Source: Isurus oxyrinchus | Lineage: Eukaryota | Assembly (NCBI GenBank): GCA_026770705.1 | Contig: JANJGN010000071.1 | Location: forward strand, 682,001 to 746,000 | Direction of reading: 5' to 3' | Length of the DNA stretch: 64,000 nt | In this document: in pieces, positions 23,031-34,789 of the stretch | Layout of the letters: each line of letters begins with the position of its first letter | Position numbering within the stretch: the first letter of the stretch is position 1 | Notes under the pieces: model-generated | Told to the model about the DNA's origin: nothing | Seen by the model: only the letters and a program-made list of their open reading frames with translations | Databases searched by the model: none | Program-made: the position numbers and the translations under genes

Positions 23031-24109
23031 CATTCTTACCTTCTTAAAATATTAAAGCTGCAGAATAAACATGCAAGTGACTGACCCGCTCGACCCACCT
23101 TCCATCTGGGGGTCCCATGGGGAGGACCCTTCCTGAGCCAGATCCACCAGCCAACATGGTCTGGATCCGAGCACAGGAGACACGGGGGGGAGTGACTAAC
23201 AGGCTCCTTGTGACAGGCCCCGTCTGTCCAATGGCTGGCTTTCAGCTGCCAAGGCCAGAGTGGTCCTTGCTAAAACCGGCTCAGGACAGGTCAGGATCCC
23301 TGTGCAGACCTCCTCCAGCGCTGCAGCCTCTGTACAAACCCCTCATGCGCTTGTGGAGAGACACAAACAAGGCTGCACATTACCGAGGAGAATCCCCTCT
23401 ACGGACTAAGGGGCTGACTCATCACCCTAAACTCAGCAAATGAGGAGGCTCTCGCTCGGTATCGGGGCTTGGCATTCGCTCAATAAAAATAATCAAATGA
23501 CATTTTGGTCAGAAATCTAAGGAGGTTGTACATTCCCTCAAAAATAAGACTCAATCTGGGGTCGAGGGTCAAAGGGCAACAAGTTATATTTACACAACAA
23601 CTTTAACATGACAAATCACCCCAAGGTGCTACACAGGAGCGTCATAAAACAAAGTATGTCACCCAGACACATGTGGAGATATTAGCGACAGCTGACCAGA
23701 AGAGGTCGGTGTTATGGAGAAACTTCAAAGAGGGATGAAATGGATAGTGAGAGAGAGAGAGATAGAAATAGAGAGAGAGAGAGAGAGAGAGAGTGAGAGA
23801 GAGGCACGGACAGTGGTTGAGGGAGGGTATTACAGAGCTCGGGACCCAGGCAGCTGAAGGCACGGCCGCCGATGTTGGAGTGATGGTATCGGGGGATGGT
23901 CAAGAGGCTGGAATTGGATGAGCACAGAGACCTCAGAGGGTTGGAGGGGCTGGAGGAGGTTACAGAGATTGGTAGGTTTGTTGGCCAGGATCAATTTGCA
24001 GATATAGGGAAGCGGTAGATACTTCAAGAGGTTACAGAGAATGGGATGGTTGTAGGTACTGGAGGAGGACGAGGAGATTACAGGGATAGAGAGGAAACAA
24101 AGATGAAAA

Positions 24110-25048
24110 TTTGGACATTGAGACTTTGCTTGACCAGGAGCCAGTCTTGGTCATCGAGCAGAGCGGGTGATAAGGGAACGGGACTTGGTGTGAGTAAGGA
24201 CGTGGTCAGCAGTTTTGGATGGCCTCAAGTTTATGCAGTGCAGAGCGTGTTGTGGAACAGTCGAGTCTGGAGGTAATGAAGGCGTGGATGACGGTTTCAG
24301 CAGCAGATGAGCTGAGACAGGGTGATGTCGTGCGATGTTACGCAGGTGGAAATAGACGGTGTTAGTGAGGGCGCAGATATGAGGCCGGAAGCTCATCTCA
24401 GGATCAAATGGGACAACAAAGCTGTGAACAGATTGGCTTCAATCTCAGAGAGCTGCCAGGGAGAGGAATGGAGTTGGTAGCGAGGGAACAGAGTTTGGAG
24501 CGGGGAATGAAGGCAATGGCTTCAGTCTTTCCAATATTTAATTGGAGGGAATTTCTGCCCATCCAGTACTGGATGTCGGATAAGCAGCCTGATAATTTAG
24601 CAGCAGTGGAGGAGTCGAGAGAGGTGGTGGTGAGGTAGAGCTGGGGATCCTCAGTGGACAGGTGAAAACTAACACTGTTCAGATGATGCTGCAAAGCCAT
24701 TGCAAGTGATTCTCTGGCTACGATGAGATGGATAAGAATGGAGCCAGGGGAGAGCAGACCCACCCAGCTGGACGACAGTGGAGAGGTGTTGGAGGAGGAT
24801 GGTGTGGTCGAGCGTGTCAAAGGCTGCAGACAGATCGAGAAGGACGAGGAGGGAAAGTTGACCTTTGTCACAGTCACACAGGATGCCATTTGTGACCTTG
24901 ATAAGAGCTGTTTCAGCACAGTGGCTGGGGTGGGAACCTGATTGGAGGGATTCAAACATGGAGTTCCGGGAAAGATGGGAATGGATTCGGGAGATGGAAA
25001 CACGTTCAAGGACTTTGGAGGTGAAAGAGAGGCTGGAGATGGGACGGG
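24110..25048 (-). mobile_element. L2 RT fragment (paralogous copy)
   Basis: LLVLLDLSAAFDTLDH. Confidence 0.85.
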
Positions 25049-25192
25049 AGATTACGCAGACGAGCAGAAATAGACAAATCATTGCAAATAGTGACACTGG
25101 TTAACACGGCCAAAAAACAAGCAAATCAAACATTATTATTTCCCATTGAGTGTTGAATGTGAATTGGTGAGTAATTATAACACAGCACTTAC

Positions 25193-25570
25193 CAGAAACC
25201 TGAAGCTGGGTTACAGGGGAAACGTTATGGCTCGGACGATTGCCAAATTTTATCATGAAAAAATAAGATCCTGCATCTTCCCGTCTGATGTTGTTTATAA
25301 TCAGGGAACAGTCGCCATCTTTCAGGTCTCCAGACAGCCGGGTCCGATGGCGGAACCGTGGCAACTCGCGACTGTGACCCTTGGAGTGAAAGGCTATAGA
25401 CGATTTAGACCATTTGTTCCGTATGTATCTTCTCATTTTCCAGATTCCGACCTGTGTTTTCTTTATCAAATCTGATGGATAACTGTAATGACATGGAATC
25501 TGTACACACGAACCTTCCTGCGCTGTCACCTCTCGTGGAGTGTCACCTTTCCACTCTTGTGACAATCCAA
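25193..25570 (-). CDS. Gene B V-set exon 1 (essential Arg replaced by Met)
   Basis: 378 bp open exon. YFFMIK where paralogs have YFFRIE. Confidence 0.87.
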
Positions 25571-27669
25571 CTGGGGAGAGAAATATCAATATTTAACTCT
25601 GGATGTTTTGTAGATCCACTACACTCGATATCCACCCCCTCCATCACTCGGGCACAGTGGCTGCAGTGTGGACCATCTGCAGGAGACACATGGAACTCCA
25701 AAAGGTATCACACCAGATGGAAGAGAATCCTGGACACAAAAGCGGAAAAGTTCATTCTACATTGGTTCATGGTCCTCAGGACCCTGTTTGTGCAGAAGCC
25801 TGCTCTCCAACAGAACTGAAGTTGGGGACAATGCATTTGGAATTCCACTGTCCGGGGCATTGGGTTAACTTGCTGATTTTGTTTTAAATCTAACATCTAT
25901 TTTTGGTCTGTTGCCTTTAAGGGACTGTAACTGGGAGTCAGGTTAATTAGGAATTTTAGGAGTTATGATAGCAGTCATTGTCGTTATGTATGTGCTTGAA
26001 ATCTTTTATTTTGACGACAAATATGTTAATTTATTGTTTTAAATCTCTAAAGGTATTGGTGGATTTATTGCTTCTGAATTAAGTGCACACATCTCATAAT
26101 AAATACAAATTGCAAAATCATTTTAATAGTGTGACCAGGTTTCTCTCAGGGACTTGGTCTGCCTGGCACACATCACCTGCCAAGTGATAACACTGTTGTA
26201 ATATGCCTTTCAGGGACAGCAGCATGACATCACTCGAGGGGAAGTGTGTCATGTGATTTTTAGGAACTGGTGTTCGCTTAAGTAAGTTCTATGTGTATTT
26301 GTGTGTGTTAGGCAAAAGGTCTATCTTCAAGTTCAAGTTTAGTTTGTATTTCTGTATTTGGGTGTTGAGAAAAGGGGGAACTTGAGTTAAAAAGAAGCCA
26401 GCATTCCATTGAGGTTTAATGACTGTTGAAGGGAAGTCAAAACAAATACAAGGTGTAAGAAACTGTGCTGTTGCCTAGCAACAGTGATCCAGAGGGAAGG
26501 ACCCACAGAAACAGAAAAAAACAGAAAAGTACCTTCAGTTCTGTTGAAAGGAGTTGCCAGGAGAAGCAGCAAAGGATTGGGACAGATAGTCAGTCCCAAA
26601 GTAAAGAAGAAGCCAAAACTATAGAGTTTGACAGGAGAAAGGGCCCAAGAAAACCTTCTAGTCAAATCTGGAAAAGGCCCTGTTAAGTGAAGTTAAGAGT
26701 GAGGAGCAGAAGAAGGCTTCAAGCATAAAGGGAGAAAGCAGCAGGACACAGGCCTAAAGCAAACTAGGCTTGTGAGAAGCCAGAAGATCCTAGGAGACAC
26801 CACAGGTTGGTGACTCATTACTACGGCCATGTGAAGCCATGGTGTTCCATTGACACGGCTGAGCATTGGAGAGACAGGGCGTGGAAGGAAGGCTGAATGC
26901 ACGTGGCGATCCAGGGGACAGGAACATGGGAAGGAGAGTTTGAAATAGTGAAAGTGGACCCTTGTGGAAGGTGTCTGAGTGAAAGTGTCATGTTGGAGAA
27001 GATTCCAAAGTGAGTTCTTGGAGAGTGGAGATTGGAAACTCTCATATGAAAGAAGCTTTTCAGTGAGACTGGTTGGCTCACAGTGTAACAAGCGTCTGGG
27101 GACAGATGAGACATAGAATTTGTTTCAAGTGGGCTCTGCCACTTGCTTTCAGAATGTGGTGTCCCTGACCACAGGTCGTCTATTGGTTTACACGGACTGT
27201 GTACTTAGTGTGAACATGAGAATATAAGATAGTTATCGTAATTTGTGTTCTACTTATGTATCTGTAAAGGTATAGGTCTGGGTGAAGGAGTAATGTCATA
27301 TAGTTTGTCTTTCCTAGTTTAATAAATGTTTTATTCTTTTGTTAGACGTTCATCAGATGACTCCTGTGACTCTGTTCAGTAGCCGCACTCCACATTCCTA
27401 AATAAAAAATAAAAGTTAGGACCTATCAAGCTGAGTTCCACCCTGGGATCTGACTTGCTCAGTAGTAACATCAGCTGGGATGGTAACACCATCCAGTCCA
27501 AGTTTCACTTTGGCCTGTGAGCAGAACACAGCTCACACAGTTTGGCTGCAGGTGTCTCCCAGCTTTCTATCCTTGTATATCTGTTCTCATGTCCCTGTTC
27601 TAAATAACTGAACCCACAATGTATTTACCCAATTCCGTATCAGTGGCTGGTGCCTTTATATCATTATAA

Positions 27670-29820
27670 AAACACAACATGGTGATCAGTGGTGGCCAAA
27701 CATTCTGGCAGCAAGTTTCAGTACAGGTATGACGTGGTGAACAGCCTAAGATCGAGCTACATGACATGAGACGACCCTCGACGCTTTGGTCAGACCACAA
27801 CAGAGACACAGCATCAGAGAGGGTTGAAATCGCAGTGTACTGACTGCTCAGGAAACCTTTGAAGACACAGTGACGGGAAAGAGCTCAAGTAAAGAGCTGG
27901 GGAGCAGACGGATCCCTCGTGGTGAGATTACAGCACACGGCCTGTAGGACAGTGAGTGGGACAGTGTGTATCGCCAGGACCAGCAGCGGGTTAGCTCAGT
28001 CAGGGAAGGCGAGTGACCAGGGTGTGGGCTGGATCGATAGTGAGCGAAGGAGAGTCAAACACACAAAAACCATTATAAAAATCAGCCCAGAGAAGTTAGT
28101 GATTATAACGGGCAGCTTCGAGATTGCTGAACAGCAAATTGAATAAAAAACAAAGACTCCATTACTCCGTGGTGTGTTCCTGCCACAACCCGTCTTCATG
28201 GGCGGAGCTTCGGAAAAGCACACAAAAGGGGCTAAAGCGACACTCATCCCAGGTCCTGTAGGAGAAGGAAGGTCAAAGGAATATTGTCAGAATATCCACG
28301 AAATTCCCCAGTTTGAACTGGGATGTAGCTGACCGACTATCTGAATTCAGAATGTTTAAACAGCGTACAGAGCTCTGGTTTCCTGATTCAGGTGTGACTG
28401 AACCAGACGAACAAGCCATAAAAATTCACCTCGCGATTGGGAATGAAGGTCTACACAGGCTGAGCACATCAGGATTAACAGCAGAAGAGCGAAAGGATCC
28501 CCAATAGAAACGGACGATATTGGAAGACAGGTTCAGAATCAGGTGAAACTCCATATTCATCAACTAGAGTTTATGTCATTTCATCAGCCTACACAATCCA
28601 TAGACCACTTCATCAGCCGATGTAGAGAAAAGGGTACGCACTGTGATTTCAAACACAGAGCCTGCAGACAGAGTTGTTGAGTTGGTGATTACATCCACTC
28701 CCATGGAAGCCTTCCAGAAAGATCTGCTAGATAAGACCAAAACCTATAGCATTGAAGAGCTACTCAAGGATGGACATAAATACGAAGTGATCCTCGCAGG
28801 TCAACGAAGCTTACAGGTCCTCAGTACAACATCAATTGTTGACACACTCACTAGAACATCCAAACCTAGTGAGACGTGTGGAAGGTGTGGCCTTCTGCAG
28901 GCACCAAGGAAATGCCCAGCTTTCCACCAATCCTGCAAGGCTTGTGGCAGAAAGGGCCATTGACAGCGGCAGCGCACTAGAGCAAAGGCTGATGCAGCTA
29001 CAAAGAGCTGTGCACTGATCCAAACAAACCCTACACAACGGGGAACTTTCAAGCAATAAGAATGACCATCCGCTATCCATCAGGAACATATAAATGTGGT
29101 GACTGACAAACCAGGAAATGGCGATGATGTACACGACGAGACTAGGAGCGGTGATCGATATTCCACCTCTCACACATATCCTGACGTGGCTTGCCAATAA
29201 ATTGTGGATTGTGGTCTTTATTGATCTCTCTGGGCACATCAAATTAACTGAAAATGTTCCCATAGGGGTGGGATTTTCTGGCCCCACCCACTTCCATGAT
29301 TGTCCAGTCCGGCCGAAAGCCAATGGATTTATGTCTGTCCCATTCTCAGAAACTATCCCATCAGCTCAGTTCATGACATAACATTGAAATATGCAGAAAG
29401 ATTCAACAATATTGGCAGGTTCAAGGGAGCTGCAACATTTCACCTGCAGGGGAATGCAAGTCTGTCAGACTCCTTGCATTAAAATTAATACAATCCAACT
29501 TTGCCACGCTATCTTGAGCCTTAAATGGCCAATAATTTCTATGCCTTCCAGTTTCATTTGCTCTCTCTTCTAATTTTGGCCGTGCATCTCTCTCTGTTGA
29601 ACCTCCTCTCGGGATCCGATCCCCTGCCATATTAGTTTAAAGCCTCCTCAGTTGCATCAAGGGTGTAATGTCAATTGAAACCAGAGACAACATCGAAGAA
29701 TGACAATCCCACAGATCAATGTGAGCAATTAAAGAAACCTCCAGACAATTTTGCCACCACAAGATCTTGATATAACAGCAGATTACCTCTACGCTTTAGA
29801 GACTCAAATATTCAACAGAT
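27670..29820 (+). mobile_element. Degraded Gypsy gag/pol (paralogous copy)
   Basis: Homologous to 12140-14280. Confidence 0.78.
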
Positions 29821-31127
29821 CTATACACTTATATAATTGTCAAGAAATATGAAAATGATACCAGGAACCTCTTGTTCCCTGTCCTTCTCAAAGATCCATC
29901 CCTGCAGCAGGAGCCTGAAGAGTTACTGATGTGGGGCTTAATTTATCAGATTGTAGAATGATCTGGAAATGAAGGATGCCATTTGGCCCATCGAGCCTGT
30001 GCTGGGCCTTTGAAAGATCTGTCCAATTAGTCCCACTCTAACCTCTGCTCTCTCCTCCACAGCCCTGCAAAATGTCCCCTTCAAGTATTTATCCAGTTCC
30101 TCTTCTGAAAGTTCCTGTTGAATCTGCTTCCACCGCCCTTTCAGGCAGTGAGTCAATGGTCTCTCTCTGAGCTGCAAAGTGATAAGTTTCAATGAAATAT
30201 AAACTCTGCAGCAGATCAGAAACCATCATGATAACTCAGAATATTTGACAGTTTTACATACAGACAGCTTTGCCTCCCTTCTCTCTATCAGTTATCTTGC
30301 TCCCTTATCGAATTTTCTAGCATGGTGAGAAGGGACAGGAAGTGTGACGCTGAACTGCCTGTCTAATCTAAGAGCTTCTGTGTTGTCTTCATGGGAAATT
30401 CTGATGAAAATCAGCAAGAGTGAAAAATTTCAGGGCATTGATATCGGAGTGCTAGCATCAGGATAGACTTCATCCCCCAGTTTTTATCCCTGCTTCTCTA
30501 TTCAGCCGATCGCTCCCCTGTCACTCGCTGACCTACACTGGCTCCCAGTCCAGCAATAACTCAATTTTCAAAATCTCTTCATTGATTCCTTATCCCTCCA
30601 TCCTCCCTCTCCACTCCCTATCACTGTCACTTCCTCCAGCCCTGAAACCCTTTGAGGTCTCTGCTGTCCTCCAATTCTGCTGTCAGACAGGGAGTCAGTG
30701 TATATCAGTGAGCACAGGGGTGATGGGTGAATGGGACTTGGTGTGAGTTTGTACACTGGCTCACTGCTGAACCGGTTCCCTATCAGAGCTCACTGCAGGA
30801 AGTGCGAGGGCTGGACTCTCTGTCTATTCTCACTGCAGCTGTGATGTGGTCGTGGTGATTCTCAGTAAAATGAAACCCTCTGAGCTCCTCCATCCCCGAG
30901 GTTTAGGGAGTGAATTCCAGAGCTCAGGACCCAGGCAGCTGAAGGCCCGGCCGCCAGTATTGGAGTGATGGGAATCGGGGGATGGTCAAGAGGCCGGAAT
31001 TGCAGTAACACAGAGATCTGGGAAGTTGTTTGGGTGAGTTGCAGGAGGTTACAGAGATAAAGAGATAAGAATGATCTTTTACAAAGACTATTAGCCATAA
31101 GTCTGTCCAAGCTGACGATGATATTAC

Positions 31128-31167
31128 CTTGGAGAAGTGACAGGAGGAAGTAAGATTTCCCGATCAC
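31128..31167 (-). pseudogene. Gene B leader exon with GTG in place of ATG (VIGKSYFLLSLLQ)
   Basis: Otherwise identical to the A and C leader coding sequence. Donor |gtaata intact. Confidence 0.8.
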
Positions 31168-31617
31168 TGTCCACTCCCAGATATTCCATCCACTTCTCAC
31201 TCTCAAGCTGTGAAAGAGAAAGGAGTTAATGAGACCTCACCGCTTGTCCGACAGCTCTCGAGAGATCAGAACTGCTTTTAGACAATGTCTTCACAGACTA
31301 ATTTGATTCTCTGTGGGATGATAGGTGCTCTGCAGAGAGTTACAAGTCTTTAAGTAAGACAAACAATGATTGATTTGCATTTCTATAGCACCTTTCACTA
31401 TCTCAGGACATCCCAAATCTCATGTCCCTGCACTTCCCTCATCCATTGAGCTAGAAAGATGTTCTGTACAACAGACTTGAGTCTCACACCCAGAATTCAA
31501 TAATCAGTAAAAATCTTTCAAAGGCATCAATCATTGGAATCTGTCTTTATAAAGTCACAACATCAACAAAGGACGGTGTTGGTGGTGGAAGTGAATTCCA
31601 ATCATTCCGTTACTTAC

Positions 31618-31758
31618 CCAGGACCTGTCCGACTGCTTGCCTGGGGAGGAACTGCCCACACGCTCTGCTTGGGCTGAATGACCTCTTCCTGTGCTGCTCC
31701 CTATTTGTGTTTAATTAAAAAGGGTGCATGTGTCACTGTGAGTCAAAATGAGGAAGTG
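31618..31758 (-). promoter_or_regulatory. Gene B putative non-coding exon 1 and promoter (PU.1/ETS plus AP-1 motif)
   Basis: Donor |gtaagt at 31617. AAAATGAGGAAGTG at 31745-31758. TGAGTCA at 31739-31745. Confidence 0.55.
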
Positions 31759-31865
31759 CTTGGTACCAAGTGAGAAAGCAACTCTTTGCCTCGCACTGTT
31801 AGAAAACTGTTAACCCTTTGCGTGCCAATAATGTGGTTGAAGGGCCATCGACTGTTCATATGCAA

Positions 31866-33225
31866 CAAGCTCGAGGGTTTGAATGGGCCTCCTCCTGTTC
31901 CTGTGTAACAGGCTCGAGGGGTCTAAATGGGCCTCCTCCTGTTCCAGTGTGACATGATTGTGTGGCTGATTAAGCCTCCCCCTGTTCCTGTGTAACAGTC
32001 TTTGGCAGGGCTGAATGTGCCTCCTCCTGTTCCTGTGTAACAGGCTCCAGGTGCTGAATGCCCTCCCCCTGTCCTTGTGTAACAGGCTCGAGTGTCCGAA
32101 TAGGCCTCCTCCTGTTCCTGTGTAACAGGCTCAAGAGGCTGAATGGATCTCCTTGTTTTCCTGTGTTACAGGTTAGATGGTCTGAATGGGCCACCTCCTG
32201 TTCCTGTGTAACAGGTTCAAGGGGACAGAATGGGCCTCCTCCTGTTCCTGTGTAACAGCATCATGGGGCTGAATGGGCCTCCACCTGTTCCTATCTAACA
32301 GGCTTGAGTGGCAGAATGGGCCTCCTCCTGTTCCTGTGTAACAGGCTTGATGGGGCTAAATGAAGCCCCTAATGTTCCTGTGTAACAAGCTTGTGGAGGC
32401 TGAATGGGTCTCCTGTACCTGTGTAACAGGCTCAAGGGGACAGAATGGGCCTCCTCCTGTTCCAGTGTAACAGGCTCGAGGGAACAGAATGGGCCTCCTC
32501 CTTTTCCTGTGTAACAGGCACGAGGGACTGAATGGGTTTCCTATTCCTGTGTAAGTGGGTTGAGAGACTGAACGTCCTCTTCCTGTTCCTGGGTAACAGG
32601 CTCGAGGAGCTGAGACTCTCTCCTGTTCCTGTGGAAGGGTGTTGAGGGACTGAATGTCCTTTTCCTGTTCCTGTATAATAGGCTCAAGAGGCTGATGGGC
32701 TTTCTCCTGTCCTCATGTAACAGGCTTGAGTGGCTGAATGGTCCTCCTCCTGTTCCTGTGTAACAGGCTTGAGGGAATGAATGGGCCTCCTCCTGTTCCT
32801 GTGTAACAAGCTCGAGGGGGCTGAATGGGCCTCCTCCTGTTCCTGTGTAACAGGCTCGAGGGAATGAATGGGCCTCCTCCTGTTCCTGTGTAACAGGTTC
32901 GAGGGGGCTGAATGGCCTCCTGCTGTTCCTGTGTAACAGGATCAAGAGGCTGAATGGGCCTCTTCCTGTTCCTGTGTAACAGGCTCGAGGGGGCTGGATG
33001 GGCCTCCTCCTGTTCCTGTGTAACAGGCTCGAGGGGCTGAATGTGCCTCCTCCTGTTCCTGTGTAACAAGCTCGAGGGGGCTGAATGGGCCTCCTCCTGT
33101 TCCTGTGTAACAGGCTCGAGGGCCTGAATGGGCCTCCTCCTGTTCCTGTGTAACAGGCTCGAGGGGGCTGAATGGCCTCCTGCTGTTCCTGTGTAACAGG
33201 ATCAAGAGGCTGAATGTCCTCCTGT
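31866..33225. repeat. ~42-43 bp minisatellite from CR1/SINE tail (CCTCCTCCTGTTCCTGTGTAACAGGCTCGAGGGGCTGAATGGG)n
   Basis: About 30 tandem units immediately upstream of the gene B promoter. Confidence 0.9.
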
Positions 33226-33229
33226 CATT

Positions 33230-33445
33230 AAAAATAAATACTGCAGATGCTGTAAATCTGAAATAAAAACAGAAAATGCTGCATTAACTCAGCAGGTCTG
33301 GTAGCAGCTGTGGAGAGAGAAACAGACTTCTTGCTTATAGACTCTGAAGAAGGGTCATAAGGACACAAAATGCTAATTCTGTTTATCTCTGCACAGATGC
33401 TGCCAGACCAACTCAGTTTCTCCAGCATTTTCTGTTTTTGTATCA
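33230..33445. mobile_element. Penelope pLTR fragments in inverted orientation
   Basis: AACAGAAAATGCTG...CAGCAGGTCTGG and CCAGACC...CAGCATTTTCTGTT flank CTGAAGAAGGGTC. Confidence 0.65.
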
Positions 33446-34559
33446 GGTGCCCTCTTGTTCTTGTGTAGCAGGTTCGAGGGGGCTGAATGGCCTCCTCCTG
33501 TTCCTATTCAATGGGCAGTCAAAGAATGTCTGATTTTGGACCTCGAACCCAATTCTGTCCTCAGGACATTGACAGAAGGAGAGACCAGTTACAGGTTAAT
33601 GCCGGAGGATTATTTATTTTCCCAATCTTTTATCCAAGTATCTCATCAAACACAGAGCAGAACCAGGATCAAGGATGTTGGTCTCTGTGATCTGTAACAC
33701 ATCGCACAGTCCACCCATCCACTCAGCCTTCAGGATGGATGCTCATTGTACTCTCCAAGTGTGAAAGACTAAAATGATGGTTTATTGCAGCTATATCTCA
33801 TTCTGTTGTCAAAGCTGTCTCATCCATCCATGACATATTGAAGAAGGTAAACCTGCAACCAATTTTTCACATCATAATTTCCTATGTTCATTGGCAACAT
33901 CAATGTAAACATGTCACGCTGAAATGATGTCCTGCCACCAGTGGTGGCACTGTATCACATCTGTTATCCTCTGAGCTGCAGAGAATTTCTCAAATCTCCA
34001 ATCAAATTGTTTCCCTGTTTCCGGGATTGCTGATGGTTTTGCTCTTTAACGATGAAGTGTAAAATCCAAATATATATCTGAAAATACATTTGACTACAAA
34101 ATGCTGAGTAAATTTTACCAATCTCTTCTGCTCCAATTATCCACCGATCCTGCATTTCCTGAAGTCTACACTGGCTGATGAATATTCTGTAAACACTGAC
34201 AGACAGGAAGGTGAATAACAGAATGAAAATTAACTCATAATCACGGACACGGGATTGAATTTGTGCGTTCTGTCCTGGTACATCATCGAACGATATCTAA
34301 AGACATTTACAATCAGATTGGAGAGAAGTATGTTTCCAACAGTGAGGGACAAATCTGAAGGAGGATGTTCGAATTGAAACCCACAGACAATCATCCTGGA
34401 TAGATCATTCCGAAGAAATTCCATCAGATTGTAACAAGAGGTTTAAATCTATTTCCTGGGAGTGAGTTCCTGTGGATATTAGGAAGGTAAATTGGAGTTT
34501 TGAATGATTCTCCCGTTCTGTATTCTCCCCACACTGTCTGTGTCTCATTCTTGCTCAGT

Positions 34560-34676
34560 TTATAAATTCCCATAAACAGAATCCTCGGCAAAATCACAGT
34601 TTGCGTAAAGATCATCATCTGTATCAGGATTGACTCCGCGGTTAGATTTCATTTCCAGATCCTTCTCATCTTTCTT
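34560..34676 (-). CDS. Orphan terminal cytoplasmic exon with tyrosine motifs (KKDEKDLEMKSNRGVNPDTDDDLYANCDFAEDSVYGNL*)
   Basis: Acceptor tttctgtttctattacag|, phase 0, 38 codons then TAA. DLYAN plus C-terminal SVYGNL (ITIM consensus). AATAAA on the minus strand at 33781-33786. Confidence 0.72.
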   Translation of the reverse strand, partial: KKDEKDLEMKSNRGVNPDTDDDLYANCDFAEDSVYGNL

Positions 34677-34789
34677 CTGTAATAGAAACAGAAATGATCA
34701 GAGTGACAATCAGAGTGATCAGTGTTTAGTATTATTGATCCAAATCGAAAATTCCACCCACAATACATACATTAATTATTGATACTGTT

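Larger units (their letters stand above)
18492..31167 (-). pseudogene. Gene B: Siglec-like activating-type receptor, leader-V1-V2-C2-TM(Arg)-short tail; start codon mutated ATG>GTG (probable pseudogene or null allele)
   Basis: Exons 31167-31128, 25570-25193, 22181-21816, 21087-20791 and 18631-18492 are all open with intact splice sites. GTG at 31167-31165 where A and C have ATG. Confidence 0.7.

Noticed and set aside
23117-23443. 108 aa ORF conserved in three copies (also 48864-49190 and 51169-51495)
   Set aside because: No recognizable domain, antisense within an intron, and conservation is explained by recent segmental duplication.
31866-33225. Regular repeat array superficially like a CRISPR array, with periodic ORFs (EPVTQEQEEA)
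   Set aside because: Units are head-to-tail with no unique spacers and derive from a CR1/SINE tail. The context is eukaryotic with no cas genes.
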